The notes beneath the pieces are model-generated. The model did no database searches. It saw nothing but the letters and a program-made list of their open reading frames with translations, and was not told the origin of the DNA. From contig CAVYNE010000015.1 in NCBI GenBank assembly GCA_963769715.1, positions 89,960-153,959 on the forward strand: a stretch of 64,000 bases of DNA. Direction: 5' to 3'. This document shows positions 1-9,229 of the stretch, piece by piece (position 1 is the stretch's first letter; each line of letters starts with the position of its first letter). The position numbers were made by a program, and so were the translations under genes. This stretch comes from an uncultured Actinomycetes bacterium. GTDB lineage: Bacteria > Actinomycetota > Actinomycetes > Streptosporangiales > Streptosporangiaceae.

Positions 1-2
1 TG

Positions 3-1034
3 AACCACGAGTACACGGCCGAGACCGAGGTGCTCGAGACGATCAGCGAGAACCAGCCGCCGCCCGCGCCGCATTACAGCCGCCGCACCGTCTTCGTCTT
101 CGTGGACGGCTTCGACCTGGCCACCCTGGCCGCGCTGCGCTACGCCCGGAGCCTGCGGCCCACCACCATCCGCGCGGTGCACTTCGTCATCGACAACGTT
201 CGTGCCGACAAGCTCAGGGAGAAGTGGACCCGGGCGGACCGCGGCGTCACCCTCGACTTCATCGACTGCTCGGACCGCCGGCTGACCCGGGCGGCCGCCG
301 AGCTGGTGGAACGTGAGGCAGCCGATCCCGAGACGCACGTGACGGTCGTGCTGCCCCGGCGCAGCTACTCCGCGCTGCTCGGCCGGCTGCTGCACGACCG
401 GACCGCGGACAAGATCGCCGCGGTGGTGAGCCGCATCCCGCGATCGGCCGCGACCATCATCCCCTACGACGTCGAGAGCCGGGTCCGGGTGCTCGCCGAA
501 CGCCACGCTGCCAAGGCCGCGGCCACCGCTCCGGACCCCGCCGACCAGCACCTCACATCCAGGGAGACGAAGGTGGCCGCCAGCCACAGCTCCGCCGCCG
601 GCCCGGAAGCCAAGCAGCCGCCGGATACGGCAGCGCCCGCTCCGGAATCGGCGGCGAAGGCGAGTGGCCTGCTCAAGAGGAGGGCGCCCGGCGAGGGCAA
701 CGGCCAGCGGCCGGCGCCCGCCGGTCAGGCGGCCGACGCGCCGTCCGCGGTCCCCGGCATCACGCCAATCGGCTCGCTGACCCAACCGGGCCGGGCCACC
801 GTCGAGGGCCGCATCCGCGTGGTGGAGATCAGGCCGGTCGAGCGGAACTCCGTGCTGGCCTGCGAAATCTCCGACGGGACCGGCGAACTCACCGCGATGT
901 TCTACGGGCGCTCGCACATTCCCGGCATCGTGTGCAGCGCCCGCGTCCGCTTCAAGGGCTCGGTCGGCTTCCGGGCCGACGGCCAGCCGGTGATGATCAA
1001 TCCCGCCTACGAGCTACTCTTTCCTGCTGTTTAA
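3..1034 (+). CDS. APC-family permease paralogue, C-terminal part only (5' end outside window): USP-like cytoplasmic module + Ala/Pro-rich linker + OB-fold
   Basis: The frame is open from the window edge (NHEYTAETEVLETISE...) to the stop at 1032-1034. By eye it aligns to the last ~330 aa of the convergent 821-aa permease (VFVFVDGFDLATLAALRYARSLRP vs VIVFVDDFDLSTIAALRYAKSLRP; ATVEGRIRVVEIRPVERNSVLACEISDGTGELTAMFYGRS vs ATVEGRVRVLEIRSVERNSVLACEIADSTGDLTALFYGRS). Confidence 0.75.
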   Translation, partial: NHEYTAETEVLETISENQPPPAPHYSRRTVFVFVDGFDLATLAALRYARSLRPTTIRAVHFVIDNVRADKLREKWTRADRGVTLDFIDCSDRRLTRAAAELVEREAADPETHVTVVLPRRSYSALLGRLLHDRTADKIAAVVSRIPRSAATIIPYDVESRVRVLAERHAAKAAATAPDPADQHLTSRETKVAASHSSAAGPEAKQPPDTAAPAPESAAKASGLLKRRAPGEGNGQRPAPAGQAADAPSAVPGITPIGSLTQPGRATVEGRIRVVEIRPVERNSVLACEISDGTGELTAMFYGRSHIPGIVCSARVRFKGSVGFRADGQPVMINPAYELLFPAV

Positions 1035-1067
1035 CCGAGGCGGTAACACTGGACCGTTCGGCTCAAT

Positions 1068-3533
1068 TTATTCGTTTTCCTCCGCGGGCCTGCCTGTGAC
1101 GATGAGCTCGTACGCAGGATTGATCATGACGGGGGCGCCGTGCTTGATGCCGACCGGACCACGCAGCCGGACCCGGGACCCGCACATCAGGCCGGGAATG
1201 CGGGAGCGGCCGTAGAACAAGGCGGTGAGGTCACCGGTGGAGTCGGCGATCTCGCAGGCGAGCACGGAGTTCCGTTCCACCGACCGGATCTCCAAGACCC
1301 GGACGCGGCCCTCGACGGTGGCCCGGCCCGGCTGGTGCAGCGAGCCGATGGGGGTGACATCCGGCGGCGGTAGGGGCCGGTCGTAAGTGCCGGCGCCGGG
1401 CAGCGGCCCGGATTTGTCCTCGGCCGGCGTCGCGGCCGGGTCCGCCGCCTGGACGTCCTGGACGTCCTTGACCACCTGGCGTTCGTGCGTCGCGTCGTCG
1501 GCGGGCGGTCCGGGCGGCGGGATCACGGATCCGGGCGCCTGCCCGTCGTGCACGGCCTGGCGCTCATGCAGGATCTGTACCCGGTTCTGCACGTCGAACG
1601 GGATGATGGTGGCCGCGGCGTTGGGCACCCGGCTCACCACGCCGGCGATCTTGTCCGCGGTCCGGTCGTGCAGCAGCCGGCCGAGCAGCGAGAAGCTGCG
1701 CCGGGGCAAGATCGCGGTCACCTGCGTGCCCGGCGTATCCGCCTCGTGGCGGACCAGTTCGGCGGCGGCGCGGGGCAGCCTCCGGTCGGGACAGTCGATG
1801 AACTCCAGCGACACGTGGCGATCGGGCAGCCAGGCGGCCCGCAGCTGCTCCGCCTTCGCGGTGTCGATGACGAAGTGAACGGCGCGCACGACCGTGGGCC
1901 GCAGGCTTTTCGCGTACCGCAGCGCGGCGATGGTGGACAGGTCGAAGTCATCGACGAAGACGATGACCACCCGGCGGGAGTAGTTCGGCTGACGCTGGAC
2001 CCCGCCGGATGACGCCCGGCGCTCGCTGATGGTCTCAAGGACCCGGGCCTCGGTGCGGTACTCCCGGTTCAGCCGGATCAGCGCGAGCACCCCGATCGGG
2101 AAGATGATCAGGATCAGCCAGGCGCCCGAGGTGAACTTCACCACCGCGAAGATCACTACCACGATCGAGGTGAGCACCCCGGATGAGAAGCAGATGACCA
2201 GCTTGTGCCGCCGGCCTGGCACCTGGTGCGTGCGGAAGTACTTCGCCATGCCGAACCCGGCCATCGAGAAGGCGGTGAACACGCCGATCGCGTAGAACGG
2301 GACGAGCGCGTTCACATTGGCGCCGACCACCCCTATCAGCGTCACGGACAGTACCGTCAGCACGATGATGCCGTTGGAGAAGACCAGCCGCTGTCCGCGC
2401 TTCATCAACCACCGCGGCAGGAACGAGTCCTCGGCGACGAAGCTGGTCAGGAACGGGAAACCGTTGAAGCTCGTGTTGCCACCGGTGTACAGGATCAGCG
2501 CGGTCGCGATCTGCACCACGTAGAACATGAAATGCCCAGCGGACCCGAACACGATGTCCGCTTCCTGCGAGATCACCGTCGGGTAGCCGAGCTTATAGGG
2601 GGCGGCGTGGGTCAGGTGCGCCAGCCAGGAGATGCCGGCCACCAGCGTGCCGAGGATCAGGCCCTCCATCACCAGGACCCGGCGGGCGTTGATGCCCTCG
2701 GGGGGCTTGAACGCGCTGACGGCGTTGGAGACCGCCTCGATGCCGGTCAGGGAGGCGCCCCCGTTGGCGAACGCCTTCAGCAGCGTGAAGATGATAACCA
2801 AGCTGGTAAAGCTGGAGGCGCCTTTGCCGATTGGGAAAAGCCCGTGGAGGGCGTAGATGTTCTGCTGCGGCAGGTTACCGAACGCTTCGCGGACGATCCC
2901 GACCACGATCATCAGGATGACCGACCCGGAGAACAGGTAGGTGGGCAGCGCGAAGATCTTGCCCGCCTCACGGATACCGCGCAGGTTGCCGAAGCACATC
3001 AGCAGGATGACGCCGATGGATATCTCGGTCACGTAGGGACCGATGACGGAAAACTCAGGTATGGAAGCCACGGCCGCCGTGCCCGCGGCGACCTGCACCG
3101 CGACGGTGACCACATAATCGATCAGCAGCGCCACGGCGGCGACCTGCGCGATCCGCGGCCCGAAGTTGTCCCTGGCCACCACGTAGGACCCGCCAGCCCG
3201 GGTGTAGACGACCACGACCTCGCGATAGAGGAGCACCACGAGCAGCATGACGAACAAGATCACCGCGGTCATCGGCATCAGCACCGCGAACGCGGTGATG
3301 CCGAAGAGCTGGATCAGCTCAATGAGGATTTCCTCGGTGCCGTAGGCCGAGGAGGAGATGCCGTCCGGGGACAGCACGCCCAGCGCGAGAAATTTCGACA
3401 GCCGCTGCTCCCGGAGCTGCGCGTTGATCATCGGCGGCCCGAGCAGGCGGCGCTTGGCGTTGTACCAGAAGGTCTCCGGGCTCACGTCCCCGGGGCCGCG
3501 ATCGAGCAGGCCAGTCGCCTTACGCGTCGCCAC
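1068..3533 (-). CDS. APC-family (amino acid/polyamine-type) permease fused to a USP-like cytoplasmic module and a C-terminal OB-fold
   Basis: 821-aa ORF. The N-terminal ~480 aa is a polytopic hydrophobic region typical of APC permeases (GISSSAYGTEEIL...). It is followed by ...LRYAKSLRPTVVRAVHFVID...LPRRSFSLLGRLLHDRTADKI... and an OB-fold-like tail ending NPAYEL. Overlapping plus-strand ORFs (for example 2205-3536) are Arg/Gly/His-rich shadows. Confidence 0.85.
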   Translation of the reverse strand: MATRKATGLLDRGPGDVSPETFWYNAKRRLLGPPMINAQLREQRLSKFLALGVLSPDGISSSAYGTEEILIELIQLFGITAFAVLMPMTAVILFVMLLVVLLYREVVVVYTRAGGSYVVARDNFGPRIAQVAAVALLIDYVVTVAVQVAAGTAAVASIPEFSVIGPYVTEISIGVILLMCFGNLRGIREAGKIFALPTYLFSGSVILMIVVGIVREAFGNLPQQNIYALHGLFPIGKGASSFTSLVIIFTLLKAFANGGASLTGIEAVSNAVSAFKPPEGINARRVLVMEGLILGTLVAGISWLAHLTHAAPYKLGYPTVISQEADIVFGSAGHFMFYVVQIATALILYTGGNTSFNGFPFLTSFVAEDSFLPRWLMKRGQRLVFSNGIIVLTVLSVTLIGVVGANVNALVPFYAIGVFTAFSMAGFGMAKYFRTHQVPGRRHKLVICFSSGVLTSIVVVIFAVVKFTSGAWLILIIFPIGVLALIRLNREYRTEARVLETISERRASSGGVQRQPNYSRRVVIVFVDDFDLSTIAALRYAKSLRPTVVRAVHFVIDTAKAEQLRAAWLPDRHVSLEFIDCPDRRLPRAAAELVRHEADTPGTQVTAILPRRSFSLLGRLLHDRTADKIAGVVSRVPNAAATIIPFDVQNRVQILHERQAVHDGQAPGSVIPPPGPPADDATHERQVVKDVQDVQAADPAATPAEDKSGPLPGAGTYDRPLPPPDVTPIGSLHQPGRATVEGRVRVLEIRSVERNSVLACEIADSTGDLTALFYGRSRIPGLMCGSRVRLRGPVGIKHGAPVMINPAYELIVTGRPAEENE

Positions 3534-3612
3534 TAGGCTTCTCGCTCCGTCCCAGGCCCTCGGTTGCTGATCATCTCATCCGACGCTATTCGCGAGGCCG
3601 GCGGGCCGCCGT

Positions 3613-5640
3613 ATGCGGCCCGTCAAGCTTTGCGAGCGCGGCGTTAAGGTTCCGTATGGATCGATGATATTGCCTGGTAGCGCGGATGAAATAGCAGGCG
3701 AGATGAGACACGGTCCGCCCAAGCGCGCGATACCGGCGCCCTACGCGCTGCCGGTCGGCTTCGCCATGTTCCTGGCCGTGGGCACGGTGGCCGCCGGCCT
3801 GCACGGCCGCCTGCCCGCGACCGGGGTGCTGATCGCCTGCGCCGCGGTCGCCGGGGCCATGTCGTTCGCGGCCGAGCCGGTCGCGTCGGTCCTGCTGGCC
3901 GGCATCGGCTGGCTCACCACGGTCGGGTTCTCCCGGCCGCCTTACGCGCAGCTGCGGCCGACCGGGCCGGCCGCCGTCCACGCGGCCGTCGTCATCGGCG
4001 CGAGCGCGCTGGCCGGCGCCGCCCTTGGCGTGGTGTTCCGCTGGTACGCCCGACGGCTCACACTGGTAAGCATGGGTACGTATACGGGCATGCGAGCCCG
4101 CCGCCCGGCGCCAAAGGCCCCGAAGGCCTCGAATGGGCGTGGCCAGACGGCGCCGGAGGCCAAGCCAGGCGGCCGGACGGCGACCCTGGCCGGCGCGATC
4201 GGCGCGATCGGCGGCCGCCGGCTCGTCGCGGGCGTGGTCCTCGCCGCCGCTGTGCTGCCGCTGCTCACCGCGGTGCTCGCGGCCTGGCGGCCGCACCTGA
4301 ACCTGGCCGACGACCTGCTCATCTACCTCGTCGCGGTGGTCACGATCACGGTCCTGGGCGGCTTCTGGCCTGCCGTGCTCGCCGCCGTGGCCGCCAGCCT
4401 CCTGCTCAACTGGTACTTCACCGAGCCGCTGCACACGTTCACCATCGCCGAGCCCAAGAACCTGCTGGCGCTGCTGCTCTTCGTGACGGTCGCGGTCGCC
4501 GTCAGCAGCGTGGTCCACCTGTCCGCCCGGCGCGCCGTCCAGGCCGCGCAGGCCAGGGAAGAGGCGGCCGCCCAGCTGGAGCTGGCGCAGACCGTCCTGG
4601 GCGGCGCCGACTCGCCCGCGGCCATTCTCGATCACCTCACCAGGACTCATGGCGGCCAGGCCGAACTGCAGGAACGGGCGGGCGGCCGGTGGGTGCGGGC
4701 GGCCTCGAGCGGCGTCGAGGGCAGCCTGCCCGCGGCCTCGCGCATCGACATCCGCAGCGACCTGATCCTGCTGGTCACCGGGCAGGCCGAATCGGCCACG
4801 CCCGCCTTGCTGGCCGGCTACGCCGCCCAGGCGGCGGCCGCGCTCGACCGCGAACGGCTCCGCACCCAGGCCGCCCAGGCCGAGGCGCTGGCGGAGGGCA
4901 ACCGGATGCGGACCGCGCTGCTCGCGGCGGTCAGCCACGACCTGCGCACGCCGCTCGCCTCGATCAAGGCCAGCGTCAGCAGCCTGCGGCAGACGGACGT
5001 CGAATGGTCCGAGGCCGACCAGGCCGACCTGCTGGCGACGATCGAGCAGAACGCGGACCGGCTCGACGCTCTCATCGGCAACCTGCTGGACATGAGCCGC
5101 CTGCACACGGGATCGCTGCAGCCGTTCCTGCGCCCGACGGCGATCGACGAGGTGGCGCCGGCCGCCCTGCTCGGGCTCGACGACTGCCTGCAGCTCGAGA
5201 TGGCGGTACCCGACGGCTTCCCGCTGGTACTCGCCGATCCCGGCCTGCTCGAGCGGATCCTGGCCAACCTCTTCTCCAACGCGCTACGGTACTCGCCGCC
5301 CACGCTGCCGCCCGAGCTGCACGCCGAGCTGGTCGACGACACGGTGCTGCTCGAGGTGGTGGACCACGGCCAGGGCGTGCCTGACGAGCAGAAGGAGCGC
5401 GTCTTCGAGCCGTTCAGTACCTACCCGAGCGCGCGCGTCGGGCAAGCCGCCGCGCGGCCGCTCACCCGGGTCGGTGACCGCCATCCGGGCGTGGGGCTCG
5501 GACTCGCGGTGGCCAAGGGCTTCGCCGAGGCCATGGGCGGGCGGATCGTGGCCAAGGACACGCCGGGCGGCGGTCTCACGGTCCAGATCTCGCTCCCGGT
5601 GGCGAGCGGGGACAAGTCCGCGCTCGGCGCGGGGTCATGA
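3613..5640 (+). CDS. KdpD-like sensor histidine kinase (membrane/DUF4118-type region + HisKA + HATPase), lacking the N-terminal KdpD/Usp sensor module; start uncertain (ATG 3703 also possible)
   Basis: Membrane segment ...LLIYLVAVVTITVLGGFWPAVLAAVAASLLLNWYFTEPLHTF... H-box AVSHDLRTPLASI. ATPase motifs LFSNALRYS and GVGLGLAVAKGF. The stop overlaps the kdpE-like start (ATGA at 5637). Confidence 0.8.
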   Translation: MRPVKLCERGVKVPYGSMILPGSADEIAGEMRHGPPKRAIPAPYALPVGFAMFLAVGTVAAGLHGRLPATGVLIACAAVAGAMSFAAEPVASVLLAGIGWLTTVGFSRPPYAQLRPTGPAAVHAAVVIGASALAGAALGVVFRWYARRLTLVSMGTYTGMRARRPAPKAPKASNGRGQTAPEAKPGGRTATLAGAIGAIGGRRLVAGVVLAAAVLPLLTAVLAAWRPHLNLADDLLIYLVAVVTITVLGGFWPAVLAAVAASLLLNWYFTEPLHTFTIAEPKNLLALLLFVTVAVAVSSVVHLSARRAVQAAQAREEAAAQLELAQTVLGGADSPAAILDHLTRTHGGQAELQERAGGRWVRAASSGVEGSLPAASRIDIRSDLILLVTGQAESATPALLAGYAAQAAAALDRERLRTQAAQAEALAEGNRMRTALLAAVSHDLRTPLASIKASVSSLRQTDVEWSEADQADLLATIEQNADRLDALIGNLLDMSRLHTGSLQPFLRPTAIDEVAPAALLGLDDCLQLEMAVPDGFPLVLADPGLLERILANLFSNALRYSPPTLPPELHAELVDDTVLLEVVDHGQGVPDEQKERVFEPFSTYPSARVGQAAARPLTRVGDRHPGVGLGLAVAKGFAEAMGGRIVAKDTPGGGLTVQISLPVASGDKSALGAGS

Positions 5641-6314
5641 CGCGAGTGCTCGTCGTCGACGACGAGCCGTCCATCCTGCGCGCGCTGCGGATCAACCTCA
5701 GCGCGCGCGAATATGACGTCAGCACCGCTACCGACGGCACCACCGGGCTGGCCGCCGTGGCCCGCGACCGCCCCGACGTGATCATCCTGGACCTCGGCCT
5801 GCCCGACATGGACGGCACCGAGGTGATCCACGGCGTCCGCGGCTGGACCTCGATCCCGATCATCGTCCTGTCCGCGTGGGGGCAGGAGAGCCAGAAGGTG
5901 GCCGCGCTCGACGCGGGCGCCGATGACTACGTGACCAAGCCGTTCGGCATGGACGAGCTGCTCGCCCGGCTCCGCGCGGCGGTCCGCCGGGCGTCGCCCG
6001 CGCCGGACGAGCCAGTGGTCGCGACGGCCGACTTCACCGTGGACCTGGCGGCCAAGCGGGTCGTCCGCAGCGACGGCAGCGACGTCCGGCTGACTCCCAC
6101 CGAGTGGCAGCTGCTGGAGATCCTGGTCCGCAACAGCGGCCGCCTGGTCACCCAGCGGCAGCTGCTGCGGGAGGTCTGGGGCCCCTCGTACGAGACGGAG
6201 AGCAACTACCTGCGGGTCTACCTGGCCCAGCTGCGCCGCAAGCTGGAACCCGAACCCTCCCGGCCCAGGTACCTGCTCACCGAATCGGGCATGGGCTACC
6301 GGTTCAAGCCGTAA
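5637..6314 (+). CDS. kdpE: OmpR-family response regulator, KdpE-type
   Basis: MTRVLVVDDEPSILRALRINL...DVIILDLGLPDMDGTEVI...IPIIVLSAW...KVAALDAGADDYVTKPFGMDELLARLRAAVRR, plus a winged-helix C-terminus ...YLRVYLAQLRRKLE...GMGYRF. Confidence 0.85.
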   Translation: MTRVLVVDDEPSILRALRINLSAREYDVSTATDGTTGLAAVARDRPDVIILDLGLPDMDGTEVIHGVRGWTSIPIIVLSAWGQESQKVAALDAGADDYVTKPFGMDELLARLRAAVRRASPAPDEPVVATADFTVDLAAKRVVRSDGSDVRLTPTEWQLLEILVRNSGRLVTQRQLLREVWGPSYETESNYLRVYLAQLRRKLEPEPSRPRYLLTESGMGYRFKP

Positions 6315-6570
6315 CCGCTGGCGTAGATTTCCCGTCCGGGCATTGCGCGCCCAAGTTACTGAGTAGTAAGGGGAGAAAAGGCACATCGCCGTCCGTGCCG
6401 CCGAGGAGGCCACCGTGAGCACTTATGACCTGTGCACGACGCCGGTGGAGGCGGGCACCTGGGACGTGCCCTCGACCGGGGCCGCACGGTTCTCCTGGGC
6501 TGCGCGGCGATCTTGATCAGCGGGCCCCTTCGCGCGGGTAGGCGGCGCAGGTGACGGGTACGCACTATAC

Positions 6571-7497
6571 GTGCGGCAATCTCTCCTCCCCATGGCCAGG
6601 CGCGCCCGCAAGGCCCGCAAGGCCTCGCTGCTGTCCGGGCCGGCGGCCCTGGCCGAGCGCATCGAGCGTGCGCACGCCCTAGACCCCGTGGTCTACAGCC
6701 TTTCCGACACCGTGGTGCGCGCGCTGCCGGGCGGCGCGCGCACGGACGCCCTGCATGGCGTCCCGTTCGGCCAGCCCGCCCACCCCGCGCTGGTCCGGCT
6801 GCCGCTTGGCTGCTGGACTTCGGCGGTCCTGCTCGACCTGTTCCGTGGTACCGAACGCGCGGCCGGGGTCCTCATCGCGGCCGGCATCGCCGGCACGGCG
6901 CCGGCGGCGGCCACCGGGCTGGCCGACTGGTCGGCGCTGCACCGGGACCAGCAGCGGGTCGGTCTGGTGCACGCCGTCTGCCAGACTGGCGCGGCTGCGC
7001 TGTTCCTCGGCTCGCTGGCCGCGCGGGCCGGCGGCCGGGCCGGCTACGGCCGGGCGCTGTCCGCGTCCGGGCTCGCGGTGGCCACCGTCGGCTCCTACCT
7101 CGGCGGGCACCTGGCGCTCAGGCTCGGCGCGGGCACCAGCCACGCCGATCAGGTCAGCCACCTGGCCGGACTCGGCTGGCACGACCTGTGCGCGCTGACT
7201 GAACTGCCCGACCGGCGCCCCGTCCGGCGCCAGCTCGGCTACCTGTCCCTGCTGGTGTACCGGCAGGGACCCGAGGTCAGCGTGCTGTCAGACCGATGCT
7301 CCCATCTCGGTGGGCCCCTGCATCAGGGCCGGATCGTCGTGGCGCGGGGTGCTGCCTGCGTCGCCTGCCCCTGGCACGGATCCACCTTCGTGATCACCGA
7401 CGGCACCGTCGTTCACGGGCCTGCCACCGCCCGTCAGCCATCCTTCCAGACCCGGGTGACGACCGACGGGCGCGTCGAGCTCAGACCCCGGCCGTGA
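6571..7497 (+). CDS. Membrane-anchored Rieske [2Fe-2S] domain protein (DUF2231-like N-terminus)
   Basis: Rieske ligand boxes CSHLGGPL and CPWHGSTF in the C-terminal third. Hydrophobic helices in the N-terminal two thirds. Confidence 0.75.
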   Translation: MRQSLLPMARRARKARKASLLSGPAALAERIERAHALDPVVYSLSDTVVRALPGGARTDALHGVPFGQPAHPALVRLPLGCWTSAVLLDLFRGTERAAGVLIAAGIAGTAPAAATGLADWSALHRDQQRVGLVHAVCQTGAAALFLGSLAARAGGRAGYGRALSASGLAVATVGSYLGGHLALRLGAGTSHADQVSHLAGLGWHDLCALTELPDRRPVRRQLGYLSLLVYRQGPEVSVLSDRCSHLGGPLHQGRIVVARGAACVACPWHGSTFVITDGTVVHGPATARQPSFQTRVTTDGRVELRPRP

Positions 7498-7536
7498 CGG
7501 CCCGGCCCCAAGCGAGTTGAACCAGCAAACGGCAAC

Positions 7537-8322
7537 TCAGCGGGCCCGGGCGGTCCAGCGGGACTGCCGGTGCTCGATCTCCAGCTGGACGCCGAAGCAC
7601 CGGGACAGGTTCCGCGCGGTGAAGACCTCCTCGATGGGGCCGGCCGCGAGCACCGACCCCCGGCGCAGCAGCATGGCGTGGGTGAAGCCGTCGGGCACCT
7701 CTTCGACGTGGTGGGTGACCAGCACCATCATCGGCGCCTTGGGATCGCGGGCCAGCTTGGTGAGCCGCCGCAGCAGGTCCTCGCGGCCGCCCAGGTCGAG
7801 CCCGGCGGCCGGCTCGTCGAGCAGCAGCAACTCGGGGTCGGGCATCAGAGCCCGGGCGATCTGCACCCGCTTGCGCTCACCCTCGGACAGGGTGGAGAAC
7901 TTGCGCCTGATCAGGTGCGCGCAGCCGAGCGCGTCGAGTATCTCGACCGCGCGGGTGACGTCGGCGGAGTCGTATTCCTCTTTCCAGCGGCCGAGGATGG
8001 CGTACGAGGCGGTGAGCACCAGGTCGATGACCTTCTCCCCGGGCGGGACCTGCTCGGCGATCGCGGCGCTGGTCAGCCCGATCCTGGGCCGCAGGTCGAA
8101 GATGTCGACCTCGCCGAGCCGCTCGCCGAGCACGTCGACGGTGCCCTCGGTGGCGAACATCATGGTGGCGGCCACCTGGAGCAGGGTCGTCTTGCCCGCT
8201 CCATTCGGGCCGATCAGGATCCACCGCTCGTCCCCGTGTGCCGTCCAGTCCACGTTGCGCAGCAGGACCGCCGCGTCCCGCCGGACCTCAACGCCACGTA
8301 GCCGCAGCACCTCGTCGGACAT
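7537..8322 (-). CDS. Stand-alone ABC transporter ATP-binding protein
   Basis: Walker A GPNGAGKTT, signature LSEGERKR, Walker B LLLLDEPAAGLD. I prefer the internal ATG at 8322 (MSDEVLRLRG...), which is preceded by GGAGAAAGGGGG on the coding strand, over the ORF-track start at 8499. Confidence 0.85.
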   Translation of the reverse strand: MSDEVLRLRGVEVRRDAAVLLRNVDWTAHGDERWILIGPNGAGKTTLLQVAATMMFATEGTVDVLGERLGEVDIFDLRPRIGLTSAAIAEQVPPGEKVIDLVLTASYAILGRWKEEYDSADVTRAVEILDALGCAHLIRRKFSTLSEGERKRVQIARALMPDPELLLLDEPAAGLDLGGREDLLRRLTKLARDPKAPMMVLVTHHVEEVPDGFTHAMLLRRGSVLAAGPIEEVFTARNLSRCFGVQLEIEHRQSRWTARAR

Positions 8323-8587
8323 CAGGCCCCCTTTCTCCGCACGCGCCGCAATGGATCCGCCAGCTCGAATGTCGCCGAGACCGAACCTATGCCACCACCC
8401 CCCCTCCGGCCCACCCGGATGGACCGGTAAGTAAGCGCTCAGGGCAGCCCGTTCGGGAATCTCTCCTGCTGAGAGCCCGATCTGATGGTTTGTGTGCACG
8501 CTTGATGCTTTATATCCGGTTCTTCGATCACATCTGTAGGCCCCACTAGGTGGACAACATCATCGTCTACGCGCACCTGATCAGGGC

Positions 8588-9229
8588 CTAGGCCCCGTGC
8601 TCGTGCCGGACCGCGAGCAGGGCGGCCTGAGTGCGGTCCTGCACGCCGAGCTTGGCCAGCACCGAGCTCACGTGCGCCTTCACCGTCTTCTCCGCGACCC
8701 CCAGGGCTCGCGCGATCTCCCGGTTGGACCGGCCCTTGGCGAGTTCGGCGAGTACCTCGCGCTCGCGGCTGGTGAGCGCGTCCAGGCCTGCGCCGGGACC
8801 CCTGGCGGACGCCGAGCGGATCAGGCTGCCCGCCGCCTCGGGCGCGAGCAGCAAGTGGCCGTCGTGCACCGAACGGATCGCCCGCACCAGCGCATCAGGA
8901 TCCACGTCCTTGTAGAGCATCCCGGCCGCGCCTGAGCGCACCGCCAGGCTGGCCGACGCGGGTTCGGTGGCGCTGGTGAGCACGAGGACCCGGGCGGCGC
9001 TTTCGCGGGATCTCAGTTCACCCAGCACGGCGATGCCGTCCATGCCGGGCAGCTTGAGGTCGAGCAGGATCACGTCCGGAGCGTGCTCGGCGGCCAGCGC
9101 GAGCGCCGTGGCGCCGTCCCCGGCCTCGCCGGCCACCTCAATCCCGTCCTGCACCTCGAGCAGCACCCGGAGCCCGCGCCTGACCACCGGATGGTCGTCG
9201 ACGATCAGCACCGAGATGGGCCGCGTCAT
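8588..9229 (-). CDS. NarL/LuxR-family response regulator
   Basis: Receiver domain ISVLIVDDHPVVRRGL...DVILLDLKLPGMDG. LuxR HTH LTSREREVLAELAKGRSNREIARALGVAEKTVKAHVSSVLAKLGV. It overlaps the upstream kinase by 4 nt. Confidence 0.9.
   Translation of the reverse strand: MTRPISVLIVDDHPVVRRGLRVLLEVQDGIEVAGEAGDGATALALAAEHAPDVILLDLKLPGMDGIAVLGELRSRESAARVLVLTSATEPASASLAVRSGAAGMLYKDVDPDALVRAIRSVHDGHLLLAPEAAGSLIRSASARGPGAGLDALTSREREVLAELAKGRSNREIARALGVAEKTVKAHVSSVLAKLGVQDRTQAALLAVRHEHGA

Noticed and set aside
3586-5106. 506-aa minus-strand ORF opposite the KdpD-like kinase
   Set aside because: It is Arg/Gly/Pro/Asp-rich low-complexity sequence with no motifs. This is a typical antisense shadow ORF of a high-GC gene whose sense strand has clear kinase motifs.
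8323-8587. Possible riboswitch in the 5' region of the ABC ATPase gene
   Set aside because: I could not match it to any riboswitch consensus I know (ZTP, guanidine, c-di-AMP, cobalamin). It has only weak short hairpins.
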